A DNA stretch of 64,000 nt from Haliotis cracherodii. Lineage: Eukaryota. This document shows positions 1 to 14,379 of the stretch, one piece after another (the first letter of the stretch is position 1; the number at the start of each line of letters is the position of its first letter). Where the stretch lies: the NCBI RefSeq assembly GCF_022045235.1, contig NW_027266286.1, positions 63,612,001 through 63,676,000 of the forward strand, in the 5' to 3' direction. The notes under the pieces were generated by a model. The model was given only the letters and a program-made list of their open reading frames with translations, was not told the DNA's origin and searched no databases. Position numbers and translations under genes: made by a program.

Positions 1-1178
1 CCTTAGTCGCCTCTTTCGACATGAATGCGCTGCTACAGATCAATATCGTATACCAGGAAGCCTTGTAAACGTGCCAAGCATGATCGTGCTGCGTGCAGAC
101 AGCAACAGTGACATGTATTGAGAGTATGTCCAATCAAATCACTGTGTGCAACAAGGAAGACTGCTTATGAATCGCTTCCAGCTATATCCATTTCTTTCAC
201 GTATGAACACATTGGTGTTTGCTGGTATATTAAAGACCCTCCCTTTTCCATACCGTGACGGGTATTATTCGGATTCTGAAATAATTCAGCAATATAACAG
301 CCACATTTAATTGAATATGGGCGGGTCTTAGAATGAGATCGTGTTGTGCTTTTTAACCGTAACCTATTAAAGTTGAATGAGTTGGGTCTGACGCCCCGTT
401 GAACAGTATTTCACTTTATGTCAGCTTAATGTAAAAGGAAAACCCTTACATTTGTGTTGGGGAACTACACCACAAACGATCCCACGATTTGTACAACTTT
501 AGAAGCATATTATTGTTGATTAGAGATTCTGTTTTAGCAAAAATCACTGTATCAGTTGGTCACATACATTTTCATGATCAGGAAATTTTCAGATAACAAA
601 TTCAAACAAATGTGATCATTCTGCTACAGATAGTGCGTATCACTTTCAGCTACATAAGTAGTTAGTCTGTTTTAGCATGAACGTTGCGTGAGATGTGCTG
701 TATAAACGCTGAGCTGCAGAGGGAACCTTACACTAACGCTTAATCTCTGAAAATATATCATTTTAATAGAAACAAATACATACTTTTGAATTTAATAGGT
801 ATATGGGGGATCCTAAACCTGATGAAAATCTAGACTTGCTTCATTTAGGGCTTTTGTATTATGGAAAGGGCTGGGCGGAAGGGAAAATAATATGGTTCGG
901 AGACTGTGCGAGAGACAACTTGTGGAAAATCTAGACTTGTTTCACTAAGGCGAAATAGTATGTTTCATGGACTGTGAGACAGACTGACGGAACCTGCAAA
1001 GTAGGGCGAGGAATATGTTGTATGGTCATTTTCTTCATAATTTTGCGAACAGAAATAATAACATTTTTCAGACGCGGGTCTCCCTTTATTACCATGGATG
1101 TACTTGTAGATTTCTAAAATGGCAACAAGCAATAATGTAAAACTCTTCTTTCATACAGTGGTAGTTTATGTACAAAAC

Positions 1179-1239
1179 CGCCGTGATATTGCTGGAATAT
1201 TGCTAAAAGCGGCGTAAAACCAAACTCACACACTCACTA
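1179..1239 (+). mobile_element. SINE family A 3' tail (5'-truncated) with 11-bp TSD
   Basis: Tail consensus; ATGTACAAAAC at 1168-1178 and 1240-1250. Confidence 0.85.
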
Positions 1240-1716
1240 ATGTACAAAACTGCTTAACATAATCTTGTCTGTGGACCAACTAAACCTTTTCGTTTTATAA
1301 GTGAGTGAACATCGCAGTCTAATATAAAACATAAGCATTTAAAACATACCATCATCAAAAATGTTGTGCTTGGCTTTCAAACAAATAGTAAAATGATATA
1401 AACCTTTGCCCTTTTTATTTTTATTTTCAGTGTAAGTTACAAGTCAAAACGATCTTAGCTCCAACACTGACGTGATTATGTGATTAAGTCTCTGATATGC
1501 ATATTGTATAAACATTCATGTGATGCAAAACCATGGGGTTCCTGGTGAGGAAAATGTCTCTAATAAGTATCCAATATGTCTGATCTGCGTATCATCGTAC
1601 CCTACGGCCTGGGTAAGTGCTCATGCACCCAAACGCTGGTTTGCCCGGCTTATGTTCGGACATCTACAGACTGCCGTGATGTCGCTGAAATATTACTTAA
1701 GCTTGTTTTCATTTTG

Positions 1717-1765
1717 TGAGTGAGTGAGTGAGTGAGTGAGTGAGTGAGTGAGTGGGTGGGTGGGT
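1717..1765. repeat. (GAGT)n/(GGGT)n microsatellite, probably a minus-strand SINE tail
   Basis: Read directly; followed by GGTTTGTTTTAACG. Confidence 0.8.
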
Positions 1766-3487
1766 GCGTGTGGTTTGTTTTAACGTCCGCTTAAAAATAA
1801 CATCATTTAAGGTTTCTAAAACATTTATATATTTTCAAGCACCTACCTTTGTCTCGTCTTGGAGGTATATTGTGTCACTGTCGCCTCCAAACTGTATCCA
1901 GAGGCTACACGAACAGTTAAATTCGGTACAACACTATTCCAATGTCGGGATCAACGAGCACGTTTGTATACCAGAGACGCCTACGTGAATATAACATATC
2001 TCTACGCCATTTAATAATAGATGCACGTGTCTTCCGGGTCTCCAATGAGAGGACCCCAAGTAATTACAATGCCAACTCTCAACCATGACTCAACACCAGT
2101 TTTCAATGTTGCACTTATAATGCAATATATATGTACAGAAAAGTAACGCTTACAAAATATTGTGACGAAAGCCTGGTACTGAAATTCAGCACAATGATCA
2201 CAATGACGATTTACGATCAACACAAGTTGAAATGTCAAATGCAATATGAGACACAGACAATTTCTTTGTCGCCGCTCATGTATTCATGCGTTGTATACAT
2301 AACAGAACGGTAGTACATAGCAGGTGTGTCTGTTTTCCGGTATGCATGGACCCAATTGGGATTGGTCCGCAGTAACCGAGGCATGTTTTCGACGAATATT
2401 CATGGATCGGGTCGGTTTATGAGTATCATTTACTTGATAATTTATCAAAATAATTACATTACAAAATAAATTCCTTACCTAATATTATTATCATTTTTTA
2501 GAGTTATATTTTATTGTTTTTCTTCAGGTCTACGTTCCTCAGAAAATAACGACCTCATCAGCAGAGTACTGACGTACTACAGTGTTCAAGCCAGCCCGTA
2601 CCGGTCCAGGGCCAAATAATTAATTTAATTTCTGACTTTAAGTTTATATATTTTGTATGTAGGAACACATGTATGATTTATAATGTATGCTGTATGTACA
2701 TGAGAAATATAATAACGAAAGTCATGTTGCCCTCTTTTAAATCCCTTTATAATCCTCATCCCTCTATTGTACACTTGTCAGTAATGGTTGGGTAATTTTT
2801 AACCCAGAACAATAGGTGCCGGCAAACCGAGGTGTCCCCATCGGTGACTTGATGATCGTATTCAGACAGCGTGTCAAGCTGCTCAGTATTACTCTCTCTG
2901 ACTGACTGACTGATATAGAAGATTTAACGTGCGCTTTCCGACTGTAGCGTATTTCGCACACGGGCCTGGCCAGACCATTTAGTGTATTCCGAAAAGGGCG
3001 AAAGTGGTGTGTGCAACCCAAGAGGGGGCTTTTAGGGGTTGCTTAATTATATTGAATTTTTGGAATTTTTAAATTTGGAATAAATGCCGAGGTGGGTGGA
3101 GGAGGGAACTAAGGGGGCCGGGTGAGGTGGGTGTTTGTATGTTTATTGCATTTTGGATTGGCAGATTAATTAGCTTTTAGATGCGCTTAATTAGGTTTGT
3201 TTTGATTAGGAATACGCCTAGGGCCTTGAAGTTTTCTAGTTTATTTTGAGGGTTTAGAGTAGGGACCCTATTTAGATTGAGGGTGGTTTGTAGTGTGGTT
3301 CTGTGTGTTTGGTAGTGGGACCACTCGTTTAAGAACAAAACACCTTTAGTACAGATTGTGTAATATCATCACTTGCGAACGAGACTATTTTGACATCAGC
3401 TGGTCAATCGAATACGGCGAGTCGGTAGCGCTGAGCAACGCCATTCTGCAACATCTACTTTACTCCCGATAACATTTCTAGTGTACC

Positions 3488-3555
3488 CCGCCGCTTTTTG
3501 CTGGAATATTGCTAAAAGCGGAGTAAAACCATACTCACTCACTCACTCACTCACT
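3488..3555 (+). mobile_element. SINE family A 3' tail
   Basis: GCTGGAATATTGCTAAAAGCGGAGTAAAACCATACTC(ACTC)n. Confidence 0.8.
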
Positions 3556-4059
3556 ACTCGATAGCCGCTACTATTTTTCACAAAACACCAGTAATGCATA
3601 GACGGAGTAATTACACGTGAAAACTGTATTACTGACATATTTTCCGTGAGATTTTACAGTTAATCTATCTATACACTCGTTGTCATACAAGGGGTACCTA
3701 ACAAGACACGTATAGTAATGTCTGTGTCAACCACAAGTTTGTCTGTTCAAGATTCAAAATAACAGACAGCATTGCTAGAGCTTTACAAATTGCCGCGTAA
3801 CACCAGAAAGAAAAAAAGACAAACTCAAGGAATTCAGTGATAATTTTAATCTTATTCCTCGTATAGACAAATAATTCCATTAACGAGAACTTTCGATTTT
3901 AAAGCAATTATTATGCTACCAAAATGGCACCATTAGGATTCACCTGTCAGTTGATATTGCTTTCATTTAATTACTGCGCTGGGAGCTTTTGGATAATATG
4001 CACATGTTACATTCTTGACGCAAAATACATATGGTGTATGGCTGGCACTGTGTGAATAT

Positions 4060-5255
4060 GACGTGTACCTCACACAATACACACACGTAGTATGCCTCAC
4101 ACAATACATACACGTAGTATGTCTTACATAATATACACATGTAGTATGTCTTACACAATATAAACATGTATGCTTCACACAATATACACAAGTAGGATGC
4201 GTCACACAATACACACACGTAGTATGTCTTACATTATATACACATGTAGTATGTCTTACACAATATACACATGTATGCCTAACTCAGTATACACATGTAG
4301 TATGCCTCACACAATACACACACGTAGTATGTCTTACATAATATACACATGTAGTATGTCTTACACAATATACACATGTATGCCTAACTCAATATACACA
4401 TGTAGTATGCCTCACACAATACAAACACGTAGTATGTCTTACATAATATACACATGTAGTATGTCTTACACAATATACACATGTATGCCTCACAAATATA
4501 CACATGTAGTATGCCTCACACAATAAACTAATTTAGTATGCGACACAATATACACATGTAGAATGCCTCACATAATATACACATGTAGTTTGCCTCACAC
4601 AATATACACATGTTGTATGTCTTACATAATATACACATGTTGTATGTCTTACACTATATACATGTACACATAAATGCCTCACACAATATACACACGTAGT
4701 ATGTCTTACATAATATACACATGTTATATATCTTACCCAATATATACATGTAGTATTTCTTACATAATATACACATGTAGTAAGCCTCACGTAATATACA
4801 CATGTAATATGCCTCACACAATATACACATGTAATATGCCTCACACAATATACACATGTAGTATGCCTCACACAATATACACAGGTAGTATGTCTTACAT
4901 AATATACACATGTAGTATGCCTCACACAAGATACTCATGTAGTATGCCTCACATAATATACACATGTAGTATGTCTTACACAATATACATATGTAGTATG
5001 TCTTACACAATATACACATGTAGTATCTTTTACATAATATACACATGTAATATGCCTCACACAATATACACATGTAGTATGCCTCACACAATATGCACAT
5101 ATAGTATGCCTCACACAAGATACACATGTAATATGCCTCACACAATATACACATGTTGTATGCCTCACACAAGATACACTTGTAGTATGCGTCACACAAT
5201 ATACACATGTAGGATGCCTCAAACAATTTACATATGACTTATGCTTCAGACAATA
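4060..5255. repeat. 27-bp minisatellite (ACACAATATACACATGTAGTATGCCTC)n
   Basis: CATGT recurs at 4801, 4828 and 4855; about 40 or more units. Confidence 0.95.
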
Positions 5256-5878
5256 CACAGAGAGTGTATGTGTTAATGTTATTCCGCTTTCTGCTTAATA
5301 CCCCATGCAACAGCCGTGTAGTAATTTTACATAAGTTCACCGCTATCTTTGTACCGCCGGATCCTTCAACATATAATTCGTGTCAAATGACGTTCGACTT
5401 TAAAATCGGCTTTTGCCTAAACCTTATGTATATCATACATAGCCATTACATATGTAGAATTTGATATGGTGAAAAAGGCAAATTGGAACAATTTCAATTT
5501 TTGGAACGGCACCAACTATTGGCTCAGGTGACTGGATAATAAACAACTTAAATGTACATATATTACAACTCGTAGCAGGGGACCAGCTCGCTTAGCAGAG
5601 GTACCACTGTACACGACCAACCCACACAACAACACAAGACCTGAGTAACAAATAAACAGTGAGTTTATCAGTCGGTCACAGAGTCATTTATATCATCAGT
5701 CAACAATAGAATGCTTACAAACAATTATTAGAGAATGTTTACAATTGATTATTGATATACAGATGTACTAAGAACATCAGATGAGTATGATATAGAAGGA
5801 TTGACCATGATTGATACATGGGATGTGATCATTATTATACAAAGTATAAAAGTTTCCATATAGTTGACTATAGTATAC

Positions 5879-5991
5879 CTGGGTGCCGTTATACAAAACA
5901 ACCTTAGCGTTACGACTGTCGTAAGTCTATGTTAAGGTATGGGAGTTACGATCACCTTAGCACTAAGATAGCTTTGCACAACGGCACCCAG
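5879..5991. mobile_element. MITE with terminal inverted repeats CTGGGTGCCGTT / AACGGCACCCAG; second copy at about 6021-6133
   Basis: 12-bp TIRs plus subterminal CTTAGCG / CTAAGAT symmetry; related fragments at about 18245-18284 and 44790-44878. Confidence 0.7.
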
Positions 5992-6470
5992 CACGCTCCA
6001 TATAGTTGACTATAGTATACCTGGGGGCCGTTATACAAAACAAACTTAGCGCTACGACTGTCGTAAGTCTATGTTAAGGTTTGGAAGTTACGATCACCTT
6101 AGCACTAAGATCGCTTTGCGCAACGGCACCCAGCACGCTCCAACTGATCCATTACCCGACTGGGTATTCACACAAGATACCTATGTTAGTCATGATTCCA
6201 AGGTAAACAACGTAATAAAGTTAATCCAGTTCCAGTTACCACAAGAACGTGCGGGTATTGCCCAGGGTAATAGCATACAGCAAGACGTAACAGATAACAA
6301 AACAGAAACGTGTTTTACTGATTGTCTGGTTTGTCTTCACTTCAGGCAGTCGTTGAATGGCAGGAGTTCTGCTGTGCGGCGTCAGACAATATTATACCTA
6401 ATGCCTTTTTGTACAAATTGTGTGAATCTAATATAATTTTCACGGCTACGTTTCCCTTTACACTAAATGG

Positions 6471-6750
6471 GGGGCACGGGTGCCGCAGTTGTCTAAGGCG
6501 CCGCGACTCGCTGTGCAGAGTTGCGTCCCTTGGGCACGCCAGAAACCTATGATTGTGGGTTCGGATTCCCGATTCGCCCAGATTATGTTTCTGGGTTTGT
6601 CAGCACCATGCCCGTGCTAGTGGGTTTCACCGAAGTGGTAAACGCCCGAGACCTGCTTCACTTTGGGCTTTCCTCCCACCTTAAGCTGACACGCCGCGAT
6701 AAAACTGGACTAATGTTAAAAGCGGCGTTAAACCCAACGCACGCAGTCAC
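6471..6750 (+). mobile_element. SINE family C (tRNA-Leu-like head, V-domain-like body), full length with TSD
   Basis: GTCTAAGGCGCC...GTGGGTTCG head; GTGGGTTTC...GGGCTTTCCTCCCAC V-domain-like body; shared tail; near-TSD TTTACACTAAATGG (6457-6470) / TTTACACCAAATGG (6751-6764). Confidence 0.85.
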
Positions 6751-7392
6751 TTTACACCAAATGGAACCTGTTTCGGCGGATAAACTAAACTGGGTATTCT
6801 CTTGCATTGCTATTCTATATTTGTATTTACCTGAGTGAAGAAACAGAGGTTATTAGTCAGCCGCAGAGTGATGTGTGGCTGTGTGTCGTCTGTATTTATA
6901 ATACCTATTCTAGCTACTACAGATAATCTTATTTTCTGAGTAAAATGGCGATAAATGTGTTAATGCGAAGTTTAGTGACGCTGTGTCGACAATTACATAA
7001 TTTAGTTTGGCGAAGGCATTGAGGATAACGGTGTTTAAGAGAAAAGTTTAATATGAAGAAGAATAACTGTATGTCACCGTCTGTATACGTGGTACAGGTG
7101 ATTTGATAAGGGTGGCTGACAAACAGAGCCGAAGATACAGATAAAGGTATTAACGCCTGAAATGTGATTGCCTAACTATGTCTGACAGCACAATAAGAGA
7201 TGCTGGTCCTAGATGATGTCCGATGCGGGTCAAATCAATTTGAAGCTTGGCAGGTTTAAGATTTGGTCAGTTATTTCGAAATATTCCAATTTTCAATTCT
7301 TAATATGTCACATGTGACGTGACAGCATATTTATAAAAGTTAATACAGACATGTTATATCACTGAGAAACAGATGTATTAGTTCGGTATTGA

Positions 7393-7556
7393 TGAGTGAG
7401 TGAGTATGGTTTTACGCCGCTTTTAGCAATGTTCCAACAATATCACGGCGGGAGACACCAGAAATGGGCTTCACACATTGTACCCATGTCGGGAATCGAA
7501 CCTGGGTCTTCGGCGTGACGAGCGAACGCTTTAACCACTAGACTACCCGACCCCCC
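7393..7556 (-). mobile_element. SINE family A, full length
   Basis: Reverse complement is nearly identical to 34871-35034. Confidence 0.9.
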
Positions 7557-9779
7557 TAGGTTGATATTGAATCAATATAATTGATGCTTTTGTGTTAAAA
7601 TATACATCTTTACGTGGAGGCTGCATGTTATGTATCATTCTAAGTACCAATGAGACTGTGAAACCTCGTTGACATATCATATATAAAGAGAATTTTTTTG
7701 CCAAGTGTGTTTTCCTTAATATCATAGTATTAGGAACCATATTGTATTATGCAAGGCTTTTGTGATCACAGTGCATTTGTTTTATTCCTTATATATGATA
7801 TTTACGATACGGAAACTCGAGAGTTATGATCTCTTTATCACAAAATGTCTTTCTAAAAATATTTTAAGACATATTGCTATTCACTATGTTAACTTTAGAA
7901 ACCGCGTAGGAATATTAAGCCTGAGTGAACCGCCACATGTATGATATAGTGCTGAATGGTTTGCAGCCGTAGCTGTTTACATCAGCACTCACACATCGGG
8001 AAGCCACTATTCAATCATTTGGGGAACGGTATACGAAGAAAACCCCACTTGTATGTACATAGCTCTCTGAATATCCTTACTGCTAGGTGAGCTCACTTGC
8101 ATATTTGCCGGATTGGAATATCCCATCCATAACACTACCCAATATATGATTAGTCGAGTTATCAGTAGAGAAACCAGGGAGTACCAGTAGAAGACCCCAG
8201 TGTCGATGCAGTGTCATCTCGGGTACGTAGGTTACACCTTCTTCAGCGATATATCGAGAAACATGTGATAGATTTCAGATGGAATGTTTGCCATGATGTG
8301 TGCATATGTAAAATGTAAATCATCCTTCTGTTGTAAACATACCAACAAAAGTACCACTTCTAAACTGCAGGGCCACAGAAACTATACACTTGAAACCTGG
8401 ATTTGACAAAACAATTACAATCATTATGAAAAGGTTACAAAATTGAAAGCAGTCGCCGAAACACTGCAAACTAAAGGTCAAAACACAACTATGATACCTG
8501 TATCAAATACCACCTACAGCCATCAGACATGGGTGTATACTTTCTTGTGCCCGGCTTTTTGTATGACGATACGTTCATGTTCCCTTATATTTACAAATAA
8601 AACACATGAGTCTTCATGCAGCTAATGTAAGATGTCCACGAAGTACAAAATGTATTAGACGAGCAATGTGTTCATCATTTCTGTCACAAAGACCCTGAAA
8701 CATATATATCCAATACAGCCCATGCAAGTCTACAATACTTGGCAAGTCTAGATTATTGCAGTATCTGAAAATGAAGAGTTGGGCTCCTTTTTATCATATT
8801 TCATAACTATAATTTAACAACTGTTTTTATCTGTAAAGTATGTCCATTTCAGAGACTTGTTTTTAGTCTAGTGGCCAACATGTATACATTGCTTGTTGTC
8901 CGTCCAAGGGGTCAGGCCAGGGTCAGCCGTGACATGTACTGTATGTCGGATGTCAGAACGAACAATGTGAAGTCCTCCATCTGTCGGCCTCAGTTGACCT
9001 TGTATGTGAGTTTGCCAAGCATGGACATTGCACCCCGGCGGTCAGGGTCCGGTCCGACAATAACAGGAAGACCGAGGATGGCATGCCCTTTTCACTCTCA
9101 GAGATCAGGATATTTCGTCGTCAGCTATTTCATTAATGTTGGTAATACGTTTAACTTACCAATTATATATTATGAGTATGGAAAGTTTGGTAAAACGGAC
9201 ATCAAATGCAACAGTTATATTATACATCAGATTTATCGTCACGCCTTATTTATTGTCATACTGACAGTGAGATCCCCTGGGGAAACGTAGGATGCTTCTT
9301 ATTATAAATATGAAAATTCGTGGCCAAAGTTCAAAAGAATAATTATGATCACTTTTCACTAGAGCTGTTAATGTGTCTTTCTAAAGGATGTATTTTCGAT
9401 TTTGGATATTTGGTTTACTGATCTGTAAATGAGCGCTGTCACGGAGGTGTCATGATAACGGCATTGCCTAAAAGTCGGGCTGGGCCGGGCCAAGAGGGGC
9501 AAAGTGTTACTGGCTAATTACTTAATTATCGGCGACCATACCTACGTATTATTGATGCACCATACACATATGACATTAATGAACAATCACCAAACAAAAA
9601 AGTGCACCATAAATAAGTAATTCGGAGTAAATCGCTTAAAAACCAGTAAGTGGAGCAGTGTGTAAGCGTCGCTGATCTTTGTAACATGTAAAAGAACAAT
9701 CGTTAAACGAAATAAGATTTGAAACGTATCAAATACTTCTAGCTATCGTGATACAACGTTCCATCTGTGCGCATAGTGT

Positions 9780-11245
9780 TTATATTTATAAGAACGTTCT
9801 ATATATAAGTAAATACCACTTTATACTGTCACTGATCGTCGTATTTAAAGCAGACACGTTGGTTAAAGTAAGACCTCTTCTCCCTATACTCCAACAGTCA
9901 CACAGGTGTTCGGTCCGACTTGGCCCGGGCTCTCAAAATCAACTTTAAACTCACATATGTATCATCAAATGGATTCACATCTATAAACTAGAATAATATC
10001 TACCTAAATACCACTTTATAGTGTCTCAGATCGCTGTACTTAAAGAAAACAAGGTGCTCAAAGTGAAGCATTTTTACTGTATTTTCTTTAGAAAATCTAT
10101 GTCAGAAGTGTTCGGTCCGACTTGGCCCGGGTTGTCAAAATCAACTTAAACCTCACAGATGTATCATCAAATGGATTCGCATCTTTAGAATAGTATTATA
10201 TCTGCCTATATACCACTTTATAGTGTCTCAGATCGCTGTACATAAAGAAAACAAGGTGCTCAAAGTGAAGCCCTTTTCACTCTACATTCTCAACATAGTC
10301 TCTATCAGAAGTGTTTGGCTTGTGTTGGGTCCGACTTGGCCCGGGTTGTCAAAATCAACTTAAACCTCACAGATGGATCATTAAATGGATTCATATGTTT
10401 CGATTAGTGTTATATCTACCTAAATACCACTTTATAATGTCACGGTACATCGTATTTAAAGAAAACAAGGTGCTCAAAGTGATGCCCTTTTCCCTCTACA
10501 TTCTCAACATAGTCTCTATCAGAAGTGTTTTGCTTGTGTCGGGTCCGACTTGGCCCGGGCGATCAAAATCAATTTTAAACACACAGACGTATCTTCAAAT
10601 GTGTTTACATCTATAGATTAGTGTTCTATCTACCTATATACCACTTTATAATGTCACAGTACATCGTATTTAAAGAAAACAAGGGGCTTAAAGTGAAGCA
10701 TTTTTACTGTATTTTCTTAGGAAAATCATCTTTAGATAATTATTATATCCACCTAACTACCACTTTATAGTGTCTCAGATCGCTGTTATTATAGGGTACA
10801 TCGTATTTAAAGAAAACAAGGTGCTCAAAGTGAAGCATTTTTACTGTATTTTCTTTAGAAAATCTATGTCAGAAGTGTTCGGTCCGACTTGGCCCGGGTT
10901 GTCTAAATCAACTTAAACTTCACAGGTGTATCATCAAATGGATTCACATCTCTAGATTAGTATTACATCTACCTAAATACCGCTTTATAGTGTCCCAGAT
11001 CGATGTACTTAAAAAAAACAAGGTGCTCAAAGTGATGCCCTTTTCTCTCTACTTTCTCAACATAGTCTCTATCAGAAGTGTTTTGCTTGTGTTGGGTCCG
11101 ACTTGGCCCGGGCTGTCAAAATCAACTTAAACCTCACAGATGTATCATCAAATTGATTCGCATCTATAGATTAGTGTTATATCTACCTATATACCACTTT
11201 ATAATGTCACGGTACATCGTATTTAGAGAAAACAAGGGGCTCAAG
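9780..11245. repeat. Complex ~200-215-bp tandem repeat with GGTCCGACTTGGCCCGGG core
   Basis: Core at 9912, 10114, 10328, 10542, 10881 and 11095. Confidence 0.9.
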
Positions 11246-12811
11246 TAAATACAGAAACAGAGGGTCTAAAATTGCCACAGTGTTAGGCCCGAAAGTCTAT
11301 TTAGGATTTAAATTGTGATTAGGGAAGTAGAGGGTAGAGAGAGAACAAGATAACAAATCTTAACAAAACATACCTGCCAAACAAGTGCTAGTTCGTTCGT
11401 ATCCGTAATCTGTCACAAACTGTGATGAACGCATAGTGTGTTCGATGAAGGAAATACAGCCCTTCAGATCTGTGTTTACTGAATACACCTTGATCTATGT
11501 TCAGTGATATAATTTATAAGATATTGAAGCTACATGGCCGCCCATAGTTTCGAGGAAATGGCTACACCTCAAGGTTTCGTGCTCAACTAATATATATGAA
11601 TGTACATGATGTCTCATCTTGATGTACTTTAATAATGCAATTCGACAAAGAAGATGTACAGATGCCTCGACAACATTTTTCACACATGAATGACTTCAAC
11701 TTTGGCTCTCAACTTGTACAGGTAAACACGGCTATTAATGCTCATGTGTGTCAGGTTGCCCCAACCTCGCCGTCGTGTCTGTACACAAAACAAGTGCATA
11801 GTCTAAACTAGGCTACATATCATTTCTTCTTCAGCCGTTTCAATAATGCAGTGCGCTGTCACAGCATGCTGCGTAGGTCTGTACAGCACAATGTATTTTA
11901 TTAGTAATTGCTTTAGCATGATGTGCTAATTCGTATCACAGCTTGTATGTATTACAGAACCACATTCCTTTTATTCCCATGAATAAACACCTTGAATTTT
12001 CCAAATATGTGTTACTTTGGGATAACGTATAAAATAATATCATTCGAAGTCTACCATCTACCGTGTAACTTCACGTGCTCATAAATCCAACCTTTTGGAT
12101 TTGTTTGTCGTCTACCGCCGCACTCAGTAATAGTCCTGCTGTAATATACGGCGGACCGTAAATAATCGAGTCTGGACCAGACAATCCAGTGCCTGATATG
12201 AGCAAAGCCACGTGTCATCCAGGAACGATGTATCGCTGTGAGCCAAGTGTCGGCAGTGTTGCTTGAATGTCAAAGTATCAAATCTACAAAAATCCAGCTT
12301 AGAACCAGCACAGGTTGCTGGGAACGTATTGTAACTCGGAATCCTATAGGGTCGCAACCATCAATACGTGTTGTTGGACTAGTTTTGTGAAATTCCAGCT
12401 TTCAAATGCCACTTGAACGCCTCTGTTCGGAAATTATCATAGCAGTACACATATCACCATAGTGACACTCATGTGGCATGATTCCGGGGTATTACAATTG
12501 ACGATGAAAAGTTTCGACAATAACGGGCCCGGGTATTGTGATATTTTGTATAATGACTGGCTAACCATCGCCCGTATATTTACCAGGTATGTTGAGGGTT
12601 GTCTCGACAGGGACATGCCTCCAAGCAGTTCAGTTCACCCGTCCATCACCTCAATGATCTCGTCTCACTGGTATCAATGTAGACAAGCAAATGAAATTTA
12701 CGAGCGCTTCATGGAGTTTGCTTTATTTGAGTTGCGTCCCCTTAATCGCCCGTTCGTCGAATCTCACGTCTCATTCGTGACCAACTCTTGTTATACCGGG
12801 ACAAGCCTTCT

Positions 12812-13020
12812 TGTTACGGAAAGGGGCGAGTGGTGACGAATGTTCTTGCAGGTTACGGAAAGGGGCGAGTGGTGACGAATGCTCACGTCTTTGATTATCA
12901 TGAGTGGGAGATTTTCATGAGTGGGGGATTTTCATGAGTTGGGGATTTCATGAGTTGGGGATTTTCATGGGTGAGTGGGTGAGTGAGTGAGTGAGTGAGT
13001 GAGTGAGTGAGTGAGTGAGC
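12812..13020. repeat. Cluster of short tandem repeats: 30-bp direct repeat x2, ~18-bp TCATGAGTGGGGGATTT x4, then (GAGT)n
   Basis: Read directly. Confidence 0.85.
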
Positions 13021-13084
13021 AAACGGTTGATTCCAAGTGCAACGATCAATGCCGACGGTGTGCAATGACACACAATCAACCGTG

Positions 13085-13220
13085 CAGTGGGGTAGCCCAG
13101 TGGTTCGAGCGTTCGCTCATCAAGCCGATCAACAGGGGTCGATTCCCCACGTGTACACTATGTGAAGACCATTTCTGGCGTCCACTCCCTGACATTGCCA
13201 AATGCGGCATAAAACCAAAC
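13085..13220 (+). mobile_element. SINE family A, degenerate
   Basis: GGGTAGCCCAGTGGTTCGAGCGTTCGCTC...GTCGATTCCC...ACACTATGTGAAGACCATTTCTGG. Confidence 0.7.
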
Positions 13221-13721
13221 CTTTTTCGCTTTAGCTGGATCTAATGACATGCAGGAACCACTGAGGGCCCTTGCAGAAGTTCGAGATATGTGCTTTCAAA
13301 CTGATACATTTAAACAGTCGGTTTGGCCAATTTACTGCTACAGCCTCGCGTTACGTATATCGGTGCACCCCACCTTCCATAACTGTTTAACATTCGAACA
13401 AAACCGACTGAACAAATATGCACAAGGCCAGTCAAAACACAATGAACTTACATATACCTTGTTAACATGCTCGTTGCTTGTTGCTCACTTTCAGTGTTGC
13501 TTCTGTTTAACAGTGACATTGTGTCCATATATAAAGGGTAATTACAATGAAGTAATTGCTAGAATGGTCGTGGAATAAAATATATCAGGTGGAAAATGTA
13601 TTTTTGCCAGTTTTGTTAATTTTCCCTAGCCTTGAGGAAATATAGGACAATTTGTTGTACATTTCGCCCCGACATATAAATTGATAGGCGTTTTCATACA
13701 AATATCTTAAAATCCATCAGG

Positions 13722-13923
13722 AAAGCCCGAAGTGATGCAGGTCTCAGACGTTTATCACTTCGGTGAAACCCACGAGCACGGGTATGGTGCTGACAAACCT
13801 AGAAACATAATCGGGGCAAACTGGGATTGGAACCCAGAATCATAGGTTTCTGGCGTGCCCAAGGGACGCAACTCTGCACATTGAATCGCGGCGCCTTAGA
13901 CGACTGGGCCACCCGTGCCCCCG
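13722..13923 (-). mobile_element. SINE family C, lacking tail
   Basis: Reverse complement of the family C head and body. Confidence 0.85.
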
Positions 13924-14379
13924 AGTCGGCGGAGTAGCAGCTCAGGACAATATGTTAGTAGTAGAGGCCGAGTAAGGTGAGGGTCGGGTGACCGTTCTGT
14001 TTGACAATACTGATCTGTGCTCGTGCTGCATAGCCAGTGGTTGCTTGTACGTGCCGCCGTGACATACTGGATTTTTGCGGCGTAAAACGCCATTTACGTG
14101 CTCCCGCATTGTGTGCTATGAAATAACCTCGTGAGTAGGTCGTGTATCCACCCCGTGTTATGGTAGGATCGTCAGGACATTATTTTATGCCACATTCAAC
14201 TACCTTGGGTATTATTTGTCGTAAATATCCTGGGCCTATTGTCACCATTGCTTCGTGAGTGACACCGCCACCTTCACCACTCGTATCATTTACACAGTGA
14301 CGCCTCTCTCACACTCAGTAATGTAATCTCATGGACTACTATTTGTAGCGTTGTATAATATAAGTAGAATCAGAAGAGG

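Noticed and set aside
2515-2575. Hammerhead-like CTGATGA-GGTC...GACC on the minus strand
   Set aside because: Stem II is followed by TGAAG, not GAAA, and no stems I/III with a UH site could be formed.
2764-3340. G/T-skewed stretch with an 85-aa ORF, possibly an old LINE fragment
   Set aside because: No diagnostic RT, endonuclease or ORF1 motif recognised.
3963-5258. Multiple overlapping Cys/Tyr-rich ORFs on both strands
   Set aside because: Artefact of a 27-bp (multiple of 3) minisatellite open in several frames.
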